Shown here: positions 63,401 to 64,000 of the stretch, in pieces
Position numbering within the stretch: the stretch's first letter is position 1
Layout of the letters: each line of letters opens with the position of its first letter
Assembly (NCBI RefSeq): GCF_000181795.1
Contig: NW_003526943.1
Span: 312,487-376,486, forward strand
Direction: 5' to 3'
DNA: 64,000 bases
DNA from: Trichinella spiralis
Lineage: Eukaryota
Notes under the pieces: generated by a model
Database searches by the model: none
What the model was told of the DNA's origin: nothing
Seen by the model: the letters and a program-made list of their open reading frames with translations, nothing else
Program-made: the position numbers and the translations under genes

Positions 63401-64000
63401 AATATAGAAATAATAAGAAAACAAAAAAACACAGACGACAACAACAACAACAACAAACCTGAGGAATAGGTTTACTACTGAATATGCCCAGAATTCGTTT
63501 GCCGACTTCTGGTTGGGAAATGTTCGCTTCTCCGTTACATATTTCCGACACTTCACGGATAATTATGGCGTGAAAGTAACCAGGTTCATCAAAGACTGGT
63601 ATGGCGCGCTTTAAACATTCTGGAATCTAAAAGTTAAATTTATTTCAATAATCTTTCGCAGCTAATGCAAACAAATTGACAAAAAATTTTTCAAACAATC
63701 CTGACATTATATTCAAACTTTCCATCTTTTCTTTTTAACCTTTATAAAAAAAATCCCAGTAGTTTGTTATAAATTATTATTACATTTGATATTTTTCATT
63801 AACCGATTAACGATTTGCATGCACCTGCACGTACCGCTTTATTATAATATTGCCTTCGCTTTGATGAACCTGGACACGCTTTTCCAGTAACTGGCCATTC
63901 TTCGTCATCTTCATCAGCAATTAACAAACTTGCTACCATCTCTTTACCAATTGGCATCAACGAATCGTACAATTCACCACGTCGGTGCAACAACTTCACC
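59108..64000 (-). CDS. dcr-1: Dicer (platform/PAZ, RNase IIIa, RNase IIIb, dsRBD), 5' part outside window
   Basis: [118 protein letters not shown] at 59110-59108. Confidence 0.98.
60450..60482. repeat. (TA)n microsatellite in a Dicer intron
   Basis: Run of TA dinucleotides upstream of the 3' splice site. Confidence 0.95.

Overview
Eukaryotic, very AT-rich, gene-dense DNA with short (mostly ~50-100 nt) spliceosomal introns. The composition, gene structure and protein sequences suggest a nematode, probably a clade I parasite such as Trichinella (inference, not verified). The ORF track fragments most genes, so exons were joined by hand. In order: 3' part of a MYBBP1A/Pol5 homolog (+); a protein built from 249-bp (83-aa) tandem repeats that runs into an assembly gap (+); ovo/lin-48 zinc-finger factor (-, with a 4.7-kb first intron); DDX11/ChlR1 helicase (-); an orphan secreted protein (-); intronless symplekin (-); SMARCAD1/Fun30 (+); RFC2 (-); YAE1-like (+); malectin (+); a mei-P26/NHL-2-type TRIM-NHL protein (-); phosphorylase kinase gamma (+); Rheb (+); an internally deleted pogo/Tigger DNA transposon; an intronless 7TM receptor (-); and the 3' part of Dicer (-). 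No prokaryotic-type system, CRISPR array, tRNA or rRNA is supported. The best candidates for novelty are the 83-aa repeat protein, the orphan secreted LRC-motif protein, a hairpin-rich malectin intron, and the uORF-containing ovo leader.
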